From the NCBI GenBank assembly GCA_002269645.1, contig NIVC01002732.1, positions 62,001 through 126,000 on the forward strand: a stretch of 64,000 nt of DNA, given 5' to 3'. Under the pieces are notes generated by a model. That model was given only the letters and a program-made list of their open reading frames with translations, made no database searches and was not told where the DNA came from. The first letter of the stretch is position 1. Every line of letters begins with the position of its first letter. The translations under genes were made by a program, and so were the position numbers. Shown one piece after another: positions 49,501 to 59,500 of the stretch. Origin of the DNA: Macrostomum lignano (lineage: Eukaryota).

Positions 49501-52500
49501 ATGGGATGGCATTCTATAAGAAACATATTCGTATTCTAAGAATACGTTTCCATTTCTAGGAAACTTATTTTGATTCCCAAGAATTGGATGGCATTCTATA
49601 AGAAACATATTCGCATTCTAAGAATACGTTTCCATTTCTAGGAAACTTATTTTGATTCCCAAGAATTGGATGGCATTCTATAAGAAACATATTCGTATTC
49701 TAAGAATACGTTTCCATTTCTAGGAAACTTATTTTGATTCCCAAGAATGGGATGGCATTCTATAAGAAACATATTCGCATTCTAAGAATACGTTTCCATT
49801 TCTAGGAAACTTATTTTGATTCCCAAGAATTGGATGGCATTCTATAAGAAACATATTCGTATTCTAAGAATACGTTTCCATTTCTAGGAAACTTATTTTG
49901 ATTCCCAAGAATGGGATGGCATTCTATAAGAAACATATTCGTATTCTAAGAATACGTTTCCATTTCTAGGAAACTTATTTTGATTCCCAAGAATTGGATG
50001 GCATTCTATAAGAAACATATTCGTATTCTAAGAATACGTTTCCATTTCTAGGAAACTTATTTTGATTCCCAAGAATGGGATGGCATTCTATAAGAAACAT
50101 ATTCGCATTCTAAGAATACGTTTCCATTTCTAGGAAACTTATTTTGATTCCCAAGAATTGGATGGCATTCTATAAGAAACATATTCGTATTCTAAGAATA
50201 CGTTTCCATTTCTAGGAAACTTATTTTGATTCCCAAGAATGGGATGGCATTCTATAAGAAACATATTCGTATTCTAAGAATACGTTTCCATTTCTAGGAA
50301 ACTTATTTTGATTCCCAAGAATTGGATGGCATTCTATAAGAAACATATTCGTATTCTAAGAATACGTTTCCATTTCTAGGAAACTTATTTTGATTCCCAA
50401 GAATTGGATGGCATTCTATAAGAAACATATTCGCATTCTAAGAATACGTTTCCATTTCTAGGAAACTTATTTTGATTCCCAAGAATTGGATGGCATTCTA
50501 TAAGAAACATATTCGCATTCTAAGAATACGTTTCCATTTCTAGGAAACTTATTCGGAGTCTGCATTTCTAAGAAACCTATGTTACTTCTATATACTAAAA
50601 TTCTATCAGATCTACGAAGACGGTCGCTGGCAGGAGCGCCCATCGGCTGAGACGCACATCGATATGCAGGGCCTTCCAGCCCGCTGGGTGGAGACCAAAA
50701 TCACGGACACTTCAGTCACTGCGGTGGCGGTGAACAAACTCAAAACGGACAGATTCAGCGTTGGCAAACCCGGCATCCGGTACAGCAGCTCCGTTGACAA
50801 CAGAATTTGCCTCACCGTGCCTGAGGACGCGTTAAAAATCCAGCTTGACCAAACCATTGAAGTTCAGCCCGTTGACTCCTCGACTCTGGCTGTCATCAAG
50901 TCTCAGCTGCCGCGGGAGACTCACGGCCTGCTCACCTGCAGCTCCATCATTCAGCACAGTGAGTTCACTGTTCAGGATGTGACTGTCTCTCTCCTTAAAT
51001 TCCGCCTCAAACTCTACTTTACGAGCGTGTCTACTCAGGATCTACTTTAGGCTCTACTTTATCTACTCAGAAGCTACTCCAGACTCTACTTTATCTACTC
51101 AGAATCTACTTCAGGCTTTAATTTATCTACTCAGAATCTACTTCAGACTCTACTTTATCTACTCAGAATCTACCTCGGGCTCTACTTTATCTACTCAGAA
51201 TCTAGCTCGGGCTCTACTTTATCTACTCAGAATCTACCTCGGGCTCTACTTTATCTACTCAGAATCTACCTCGGGCTCTACTTTATCTACTCAGAATCTA
51301 GCTCGGGCTCTACTTTATCTACTCAGAATCTACCTCGGGCTCTACTTTATCTACTCAGAATCTAGCTCGGGCTCTACTTTATCTACTCAGAATCTAGCTC
51401 GGGCTCTACTTTATCTACTCAGAATCTACCTCGGGCTCTACTTTATCTACTCAGAATCTACCTCGGGCTCTACTTTATCTACTCAGAATCTACCTCGGGC
51501 TCTACTTTATCTACTCAGAATCTACCTCTTACTCTACTTTATCTTACTCAACCTCGGACTCTACCTTATCTGCTCAGAATCTACCTCGGGCTCTACTTTA
51601 CGCTCGTATCTACTCAGAAACCGCCCCAATCTCCAGCAAGAATGCAACACCAGACGCTCACCAAAAAATCAATCCACCCGCAGCCTCGATCTGCAAGAAC
51701 ACTCTGCGGCCGGTCACCTTCAACTTCCAGCTGCCGCTGAACCCGGCTGGCGCGAAGAAGACCCGACCGGGCACCGCTGGTGCAGCTGGCGGCGCCGCGT
51801 CCTCCGTGGTTGCTTCCGGCCGCCCGATGACGGCGAAGCCAAAGGCGACGCCAAACAGCGACGAGGAAGACGAGCTCGTCGTGCTGCTCGGCTGCGACGG
51901 GCAGCGTCGATGCGTCGGTGTCGGTGGCAGCGGTGGCGGCAGCTGGAGCGTCCTCGACCAGCTCGACATTGAGGAGGAGCCCGGAAAGGATATTGTGGGC
52001 TTCAGGACAACTCGATTCTACGATAGACGGTAAACAATTTTGTTGCTTGTTTAAATCCTCGATCCTAATCCTAAATCCCCTAATCCCAAATCCCCAAATC
52101 CCAAATCCCCTAATCCCAAATCCCCTAATCCCAAATCCCCTAATTCCAAATCCCCTAATTCCAAATCCCCTAATTCCAAATCCCCTAATCCCAAATCCCC
52201 TAATCCCAAATCCCCTAATTCCAAATCCCCTAATTCCAAATCCCCTAATCCCAAATCCCCTAATCCCAAATCCCCTAATCCCAAATCCCCTAATCCCAAA
52301 TCCCCTAATTCCAAATCCCCTAATTCCAAATCCCCTAATTCCAAATCCCCTAATTCCAAATCCCCAAATCCCCAATCCCCTAATCCCAGAGCCCCTAATC
52401 CCAAATCCCCAAATCCCTATTCCCCTAATCCCAAATCCCCAAATCCCAAATCCCCTAATCCCAAATCCCCTAATTCCAAATCCCCTAATTCCAAATCCCC

Positions 52501-55500
52501 TAATTCCAAATCCCCTAATTCCAAATCCCCAAATCCCAAATCCCCTAATCTCAAATCCCCTAATCCTAAATCCCCTAATCCCCAATCCCCTAATCCCAAA
52601 GCCCCTAATCCCAAATCCCCAAATCCCTATTCCCCTAATTCCAAATCCCCAAATCCCAAATCCCCTAATCTCAAATCCCCTAATCCTAAATCCCCTAATC
52701 CCCAATCCCCTAATCCCAAAGCCCCTAATCCCAAATCCCCAAATCCCTATTCCCCTAATCCCAATTCCCCAAATCCAAAATTCTTATCAAATCCCTAAAA
52801 CTCTAGTCCCTAGGCTTTAATTTCCAAGTCTTTAGTTCTGTAATAAAAGACACAACAAATCGATATAACAAAATCTTAAATCTCAAATCCCCGAATTCTC
52901 TGAATCGCTAATCCTCCTTATCTCTAATCACCTAATCCTCTAAAGCTTTAATCCCACTCTGCCACATTGTACCCAATTCAAATGCAGCATAAGCCCCCTT
53001 CAACTAAAGGAGCCCTAACTCCAACACAGCAGCCACATACCGCTCCCACAATTAACCCGCAGGTTTATCGCATTCCGAGTAAAGCCCGAGTTCAACACGG
53101 ACACAGCGAGTCGAATTTGCGAAGCAATCGAGACCAATCTGGAAGACAAATCGGCCTGCTTTGTTCTGCGTCAAAAGTCGGATAATTTGACCGAGGTTTG
53201 TTATTTTTAGAGGCATGGGGGCTGCTTGGGCTTGGGGAGGCCCACAAGCGCGCGGATACGTACGCAGTCATACGCACAGGCACACACTCACACAGGAGTG
53301 TACAGCGGCCCTAACTTTATTTATCGTTAGGCATGTACACTTCACTGTGCGTTGGGGGTTGGCCCTCAAGGCCGTTAATTGCACGAGCAGAGCCAAGCCG
53401 AGATTCCAATTCAGCCCCAAATTAATGTGACTGAACTTGGAATCGAGCCTGGACCGCTGGCACATCAGAGCCCCAGGTTAGACCACGACTACGACCCTAC
53501 TAACTGTTGACTATGGCCAGTGTGAAATCCAACTATACTAAATCTCTACATATAAAAATCAAAACTCTGTCTGTGTGTCTGTGTGTCTGTGGACAATTTT
53601 GTTCGTTTTGTTTTGTTAGAAGAGAAATGAGAGATAAGAGAGCAAAGACGAGACAGAAGGGAGGTGAGGGAAGAGACGATAGAAGAGATTAGAGGAGAGA
53701 GTGGACAGAGGAGAGAAAAGAGTTCAGAGAAGAGAGGAAAAAGGAGAGAGTAGAGATAAGGAAAGTGTTGAGAGAGGGTAGAGTAAGGAGTGAGAAGAGA
53801 GGTGAGGGAAGAGAGAGCACAGAGCAGAGGGAAGAGAGAGTAGAGAGCAGAGAGAAATGAGAAGAGATAAAAGAGGAGAAGCCATGCAGAGAGACCAGAA
53901 AGACCAGAGACCAGAGCAAAGAGAGGAGAGGAGAGAGAAAAGAATAGAGAGGAGAGGGAAGAGACGAGAGAGGAGAGAGGACAGAGGAGAGAAAAAAGAA
54001 GATATAAGAGGGGAGAGAGAGAAGAGACGAGAGAGAAGATAGGAAACAGAAAAGAAGATGGAAGTTTCAAAGGATGCAAAAGGACATAGGGAGAGGCAGA
54101 GGTAGAGGCCACAGTTTGCCTGACATTCTGCGCAGCACCCCAGCCAACAATATCAATGTTTGCCTCAAATCCTAATTTTACATGAATGTACACTATTTTA
54201 TGTTTAACTCTATCCCAGCTATTAACAAGTTTTTGTTTGAGTTTGACCTCAGATTTTAGAATACATGCAAAAATAATTCTGGGGAATGGAGTTCCCCGGG
54301 TTCAAAATCCGCGGGTTTCAACAGCTTGTCTTCCATCTAATAAAAATGGTTTGTCGGTACAGGTAGAGCAACTACAGATGGCAACATCAATTAGTTCATT
54401 TTGAGAACTGTTAATTTTACTCATTTTATATCAATTCTAATCACGTTGCTTTTGTCTTGTGCAAATATTATAGCTACAAGTCGTGCTAACCAGACCATTA
54501 TTCTTAGAAGCTTTCTGGTAAGGTTGCTAAACACGCAAACGAATAATATTTGTTATGCGCTGGGTTCATCTGGGTCTGCACTGATGAGGAAACTGCCGGC
54601 GTGATGAAATAGTCCTCATCCACTCTCGTAATAGTTCCTAAAATAATAAATCTGCCTCGGAGTCTACAGTAACCGTAACAACCTCTTCATCGGTCTCGGG
54701 ATCTTAAAGTACACAACCTTTTGCTGCCACACCTGACCAAACTTGCAGCGATGCCAGAGATTTCCTCTGATTTTAACTTTTCAGGGTATACTAGCCAATC
54801 CCTCACCTTCGTGGTCACTAAAGTACGAGCTATATTGGGGGTCGTAAATATCAGGGCCTTAGATAATATTCTGTCGGGTTGAACCTAATTATTTCCTTAC
54901 AACTTACAAGTTCTAGGAACATGCACTGCTGATTATAAGGGTACTGTTGCACTACAAGGGTACTGAAGCAAATTAAGTCTCTGATACAAGCTACTGTAAA
55001 ACTATGGTGTGTTCAGTTGCAACAATCTACAATCTCAAGAGTTTGCGGACACTTCGTCTTTTCATCCGGGACACTTCGTCCAGCTTTTTTATCCAAGTCA
55101 TATCGTCCGAAAATCAAGAAATTTTGTCCGATATCTCTAGGTATTGTACGAGTATATAAGAAGTTAAATTGGTGTCCTGTGTAAGATACATATGCACACT
55201 CTATAACGAAACTTTGATTTCAGTAAAATATCGTCATAACATTACTTTAAGTAGCAAGTATCAAAAAACACCGGACTAATTGTTTTGGTTTCCGAAGTAC
55301 TCCCGGACGAAAAATGTTCTGCACACCGATGGAGCTAGGTGGATGCTGTTGCAGCTCAGCACACCGATGGAGGTGGATGCTGTTGCAGCTCAGCACACCG
55401 ATGGAGGTGGATGCTGTTGCAGCTCAGCACACCAATGGAGGTGGATGCTGTTGCAACTCAACATACCAATGGAGGTGGATGCTGTTGCAACTCAACACAC

Positions 55501-58100
55501 CAATGGAGGTGGATGCTGTTGCAACTCAACACACCAATGGAGGTGGATGCTGTTGCAACTCAACACACCAATGGAGGTGGATGCTGTTGCAACTCAACAT
55601 ACCAATGGAGGTGGATGCTGTTGCAACTCAACACACCAATGGAGGTGGATGCTGTTGCAAATCAACACACCAATGGAGGTGGATGCTGTTGCAACTCAAC
55701 ATACCAATGGAGGTGGATGCTGTTGCAACTCAACATACCAATGGAGGTGGATGCTGTTGCAACTCAACATACCAATGGAGGTGGATGCTGTTGCAACTCA
55801 ACACACCAATGGAGGTGGATGCTGTTGCAACTCAACACACCAATGGAGGTGGATGCTGTTGCAACTCAACATACCAATGGAGGTGGATGCTGTTGCAACT
55901 CAACACAGCAATGAAGGTGGATGATGTTGCAACTCAACACACCAATGGAGGTGGATGATGTCGCAACTTAACACACCGATAGAGGTGGTTGATGTTGCAA
56001 CTGAAGACACCGATTCAGGCGGGTTTTCGCCCTTTAAGGACAACAATGGTTAGCTGAAAATGTAATGTTAATTTTCAAACTACAAAATTAGTTACAAACA
56101 ATTACCCGCAGGTGTCTCTGGCACTCATAGCCAGCGGTCGCCTTGATCGGACTCTGAAGCAGCTTCAAGAAGCCGGCTATGACTATGACGGAATCTCTGG
56201 CGGTCTTGGCGGTGGCGGCGGTGGCAGCAACGGCCCCGGCGTCAGCGAAGACATTCGAGTTCGCGAGAGGCAGCAATTTCGATTAAGATTCCGCGGCAAC
56301 ATCATCTGCGAGGATGACGACCCGGACAGGCCGTCAGAGTTTGTGCTGCACTTTAATTCTCAGATGAAGAATCGACTCGAGCTTTCGTGAGTGTCTGTGG
56401 ACTCTGGTAGGGTATTTATAAATACTTTAGATACTATATGGGATATTGGTAGATTCAGCCGTAGGGTATTGGAAGAGACTATGTTAGTATGTTGCAGACT
56501 AAATAGAAAAATCCAGTTTTAGGATACTTGTATTGGTACGCTCTAAGTTATTGGTAGCCTCTAGCTGTTGTAGTCTTTTAAGGGGACCACGAGAATTTCC
56601 CGTAGGAAGCTTTCCCGCGGCGAGGTTTTCCCGCAGGAGGTTTTCCTGCAAGAGTTTTCCCGCCGAGGTTTTCCGGCTGGGTTTTTACAGTCGGAATTTC
56701 TAGTCAAATCCAGTCTATGGTCCCCAGTCTAGTCCAGAACTAGCTCGACTAGATTAGAACTAGCCTAGAATATACTAGACTAGACTAGACTAGGCTATAT
56801 TAAACTAGACTATATTAAAAACTAGACTAGATTAAAGGCTAGACTAGATTAGAACTAGACTAGATTAGATTTCAAATCCAATTCCGACTGTAAAAACCCT
56901 GCGGGAAAACCTCGCCGCAGGAAAATCTCGCGGGAAAATCTCGCTGTGAAAACATCCTGCGGGAAAACCTTACTGCGGGAGAACTTCATAGACCTGTTTT
57001 AAGGATTCGAACGTGGAAGAAGCTATAGCTCAACCTTTCAATCACTATAGATGGTTTTATACATTTTCTTCGGAACTTATTGGTTACTGTTAGTAGTAAG
57101 CTTTGCCTTTCAAAACTATGCAGCGTTACGGAACGAGATCGCTTTGCCCAGCGAGCTCTTGACCAGTTCCGCGGCTATATCGAGGTCACTACGGACATGG
57201 CGGTGCAGAAGCCAGTAAAGGACGCAAAGAAGGGAAACCCTCATCAGACAGTGACTGTGATGGAGGAGGCTGTGGTTGCTAAGATGCTCATCTGCGTGCC
57301 CAAATCTGAGGAGGAGTTGCGAGTCAAGTCGCCTAGGGCAACGCCTTTTGTCTTCAAATCGAAAGGTAAGACCTTCTGATAGCTAAGTAAGCTAGGAATG
57401 TTTATCAAGAGTACAAACTGATCGATTTTTATTTATAGACTCGGTGACAATGGAATATCTTCGCGATCTTGCTGAACTTGTCTGCGACAATTGGGAATTG
57501 CTGGCCGATAAGTTGGAGGTTTCTAAGAAACGATGCTCAGTTATTAAGAAGACGAGCGAGTCACAGGAGACCCAAGCCTATGATATGTTAATTACCTGGG
57601 TTAAGAAGCTGCCCGTGTTGAAAAATAAGGTGAGAAATCATTTTCTTTGATTGCAAGTAAACTTGCTTGCATTTGTACTTTGAGAAGTACCCTCGTGTAA
57701 TCATAACTGCATTTTCTTAACCAGTTAGTCGCTGGCGACAATATAATGGCTCATATACTGCAGTAGCCCAAGTATAGGCTCGCCAAGCTGTCTTCCATAA
57801 AGCCCCCGCCCAATGGGGGCAGTACACTAGTCCACAAAACTAATTGGCGTTGAAATTGTATTTGTCTGACTATTATTTAAAGTATATTATTATTATTCTG
57901 CAGCATCAATTCGATGGCGACAAGTCCTTGCTGACATGCTGATATAATGCTCACTAATCATAAATTTCATTGGCTCGCGCCAGGTTCTGATCCTCTGCAG
58001 GGCGCTGAATGCATCGGGTTATCCCCATCTGGCGGCCAGCTTGAGGGACGCCGAACGAGAGCGCAGACTGCGAGTCGAGAACGGCGATGACTACGATTGA
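43280..58100 (+). CDS. DTHD1: Death domain-containing protein 1-like (coiled coil + ZU5-ZU5-UPA-DD), 10 exons, 937 aa; gene span
   Basis: Phase-consistent exons: 43280-43580, 45795-46003, 46611-47261, 50610-50958, 51684-52029, 53063-53195, 56112-56386, 57124-57365, 57439-57629, 57984-58100 (2814 nt). KTDRFSVGKPGIRYSSSVDNRICLTVP...VQPVD matches recalled DTHD1 [27 protein letters not shown]...IQPVD; FRLRFRGNI and LHFNSQMKNRLEL also match. C-terminal death domain. Confidence 0.85.
43581..44400. repeat. 24-bp minisatellite (atgagagtgacaaatgagtgaata)
   Basis: Starts at the splice donor. Confidence 0.95.
45100..45610. repeat. Polypurine (GGAGA-type) low-complexity tract
   Basis: Almost exclusively G/A on the + strand. 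Confidence 0.9.
45795..46003 (+). CDS. DTHD1-like exon 2, coiled coil
   Basis: cttcag acceptor, GAG|gtgagg donor, phase 1/0. Confidence 0.75.
46080..46535. repeat. 11-bp repeat (gtgytactraa)
   Basis: Direct reading. Confidence 0.95.
46611..47261 (+). CDS. DTHD1-like exon 3, E/R/A-rich helix and first ZU5 domain
   Basis: cgccag acceptor, TAC|gtgagt donor; DELVSGVVRLEP...MLPHCA ZU5 motif. Confidence 0.85.
47925..50552. repeat. 82-bp satellite, about 32 highly homogeneous copies
   Basis: Period 82 (agaatggg at 47941 and 48023); two main biallelic sites. Confidence 0.95.
50610..50958 (+). CDS. DTHD1-like exon 4, second ZU5 domain
   Basis: ctatcag acceptor, CAC A|gtgagt donor. Confidence 0.85.
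51020..51617. repeat. 32-bp minisatellite (tctactttatctactcagaatctacctcgggc)
   Basis: Direct reading. Confidence 0.95.
51684..52029 (+). CDS. DTHD1-like exon 5 (alternative in-frame acceptor at 51618 possible)
   Basis: cccgcag acceptor, CG|gtaaac donor; RPVTFNFQLP resembles ZU5 KPVTLFLP. Confidence 0.75.
52060..52790. repeat. 15-bp repeat (aatcccaaatcccct)
   Basis: Direct reading. Confidence 0.95.
53063..53195 (+). CDS. DTHD1-like exon 6 (absent from the ORF track)
   Basis: cccgcag acceptor, GAG|gtttgt donor, phase 2/0; FIAFRV...SACFVLRQKSDN fills the expected homology gap. Confidence 0.8.
53620..54060. repeat. AG-rich low-complexity tract
   Basis: Direct reading. Confidence 0.85.
55325..56005. 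repeat. 34-bp minisatellite (ggaggtggatgctgttgcaactcaacacaccaat)
   Basis: About 20 copies, decaying at both ends. Confidence 0.95.
56112..56386 (+). CDS. DTHD1-like exon 7, UPA-like domain
   Basis: cccgcag acceptor, TC|gtgagt donor; VRERQQFRLRFRGNI. Confidence 0.85.
56590..56990. mobile_element. Foldback-type element with subrepeated arms
   Basis: Left arm has ttttcccgc subrepeats plus gggtttttacagtcggaatt; right arm has aattccgactgtaaaaaccc plus gcgggaaaa subrepeats; (ctaga)n centre; no TSD identified. Confidence 0.7.
57124..57365 (+). CDS. DTHD1-like exon 8
   Basis: atgcag acceptor, AAA G|gtaaga donor; DRFAQRALDQFRGYIEV. Confidence 0.8.
57439..57629 (+). CDS. DTHD1-like exon 9, death domain
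   Basis: tttatag acceptor, AAG|gtgaga donor; YLRDLAELVCDNWELLADKLEV...QAYDMLITW. Confidence 0.9.
57984..58100 (+). CDS. DTHD1-like exon 10, end of death domain
   Basis: cgccag acceptor; VLILCRALNASGYPHLAASL; TGA at 58098-58100. Confidence 0.85.
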   Translation, partial: VLILCRALNASGYPHLAASLRDAERERRLRVENGDDYD

Positions 58101-58491
58101 AATTCAGCCTCAAATACGGAAGCTTAAAACTGTCTAGATTTATATATTGTTATTATTATATAAATAATATATATTGTTTTTAATCTACTACACATATATC
58201 TGTAATCATAGAGAGATTATCAAACTTGACAAATTATCAGTTGAGCTGCGATACAAGCGAACAATTTATTTTTTGTTTTTCTTCTATTGTCGTCCTTATT
58301 TTTTGCTGTGTATTACCGTCGACTATCATTTTCCGATGCAACGATTTGATTGCTTATTGAACTTTGTACTTAAATATTTTCAATTTCCTAGATTGTCTCA
58401 GGCAATGATATCAAATAATTACTCGATCAGATTTCCTGATAATAACATATTAAATGGTTTTGATCCTATTAACGTATTTTGCTTTTCTTCT

Positions 58492-58890
58492 ACGTATTAA
58501 ACATTCGCCGACACTTGTTCGGACGCTTCTACAGACACTTTGGTTTCTGTCGAACGAATCGTAGGAACAAGCATTAAATTTGTTTATTCCTCACAAACTA
58601 CCAGTAAATTGCTTTATTTTAAGCTTTTTTGCTTTATTTTATTAAATATGAATTAGGAAGTGTCCTGGACAAATTTAACATTCTTCTTCACGTGAAGAGA
58701 ACCTATGCAGAATAACAAATTTCATGATTCATATTTAATAAAATAAAGCAAAAAAAAGCTTGAAATAAAGCAGTTTACTAGTAGTTTGTGAGGAATAAAC
58801 AAATTTAATGCTTGTTCCTACGATTCGTTCGACAGAAACTGGAGTGTCTGTAGAAGTGTCTGAGTGGGTGTCGGCGAATGTTTCATACGT
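58492..58890. mobile_element. Long-TIR MITE / hairpin element
   Basis: About 162-bp inverted arms (58492-58653, 58727-58890), 8-bp TSD TTTCTTCT (58484-58491, 58891-58898), inner palindrome tcttcacgtgaaga. Confidence 0.85.
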
Positions 58891-59389
58891 TTTCTTCTCA
58901 ACCTTTATGCAAATTTGACCTTCAAAAATGACACTTGCAATGAAAAAATATAATATTTAACCTACTGAAACAAACTGTCTAATTCGACGATTGGTTTCCA
59001 TGAAATGAAAATTATTTTTCAAGACAGAAAGTAGTTCTGAACGGAAACCATGCAGAATTGAATGCACGTTGTTTGTAATAATTTACATTTTTTTAATCGT
59101 TTGGAATCATTTACAAGTATGAGATTAATGTCACTCGCGATGTTATAATGACGAAACAAAAACCAATGCGAATCACTTAGAGATGTATCTAGAATTCATG
59201 GAGTCCTGGAATCCTGGTGACTCCCAACTGAGGTGGTATTCTTTACCGGCTCCTTTTTCAAACCGATCGGTCGACTATCAAAGTTATAGCACTGACTATG
59301 GTTAACAAAGTATTCTTAAGGCTCTGTCATTCATATGCACTTGCGTTAGGAGAATTCACAGGTACCAATGACGATTAGCTTTCACTGCT

Positions 59390-59500
59390 AATTTAGAAAC
59401 ATAATGAAGAAATTCGGTTGAGCCGTTTTTGCTGAAACCGATCACATACCGACAGACAAACATACGTAGATACCGACAAACCATTTTTAGTATGTTGGAT
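59390..59500 (-). mobile_element. Helentron/DINE-like non-autonomous element fragment
   Basis: Minus strand aaaaatggtttgtcggta...tttgtctgtc...aaaacggctcaaccgaattt resembles the recalled HINE core; aaaaatggtttgtcggta recurs near 54343 and a similar 5' motif lies at 53540-53590. Confidence 0.35.

Noticed and set aside
47925-50552. CRISPR array (this and other regular arrays)
   Set aside because: No unique spacers, no cas genes, eukaryotic context.
51614-52820. Collagen- or antifreeze-like GFGIR/IPNPL ORFs
   Set aside because: 15-bp intronic repeat between DTHD1-like exons 5 and 6.
55280-55958. Three overlapping ORFs with GGGCCC/WRW repeats
   Set aside because: 34-bp stop-free unit cycling through all three frames; intronic.
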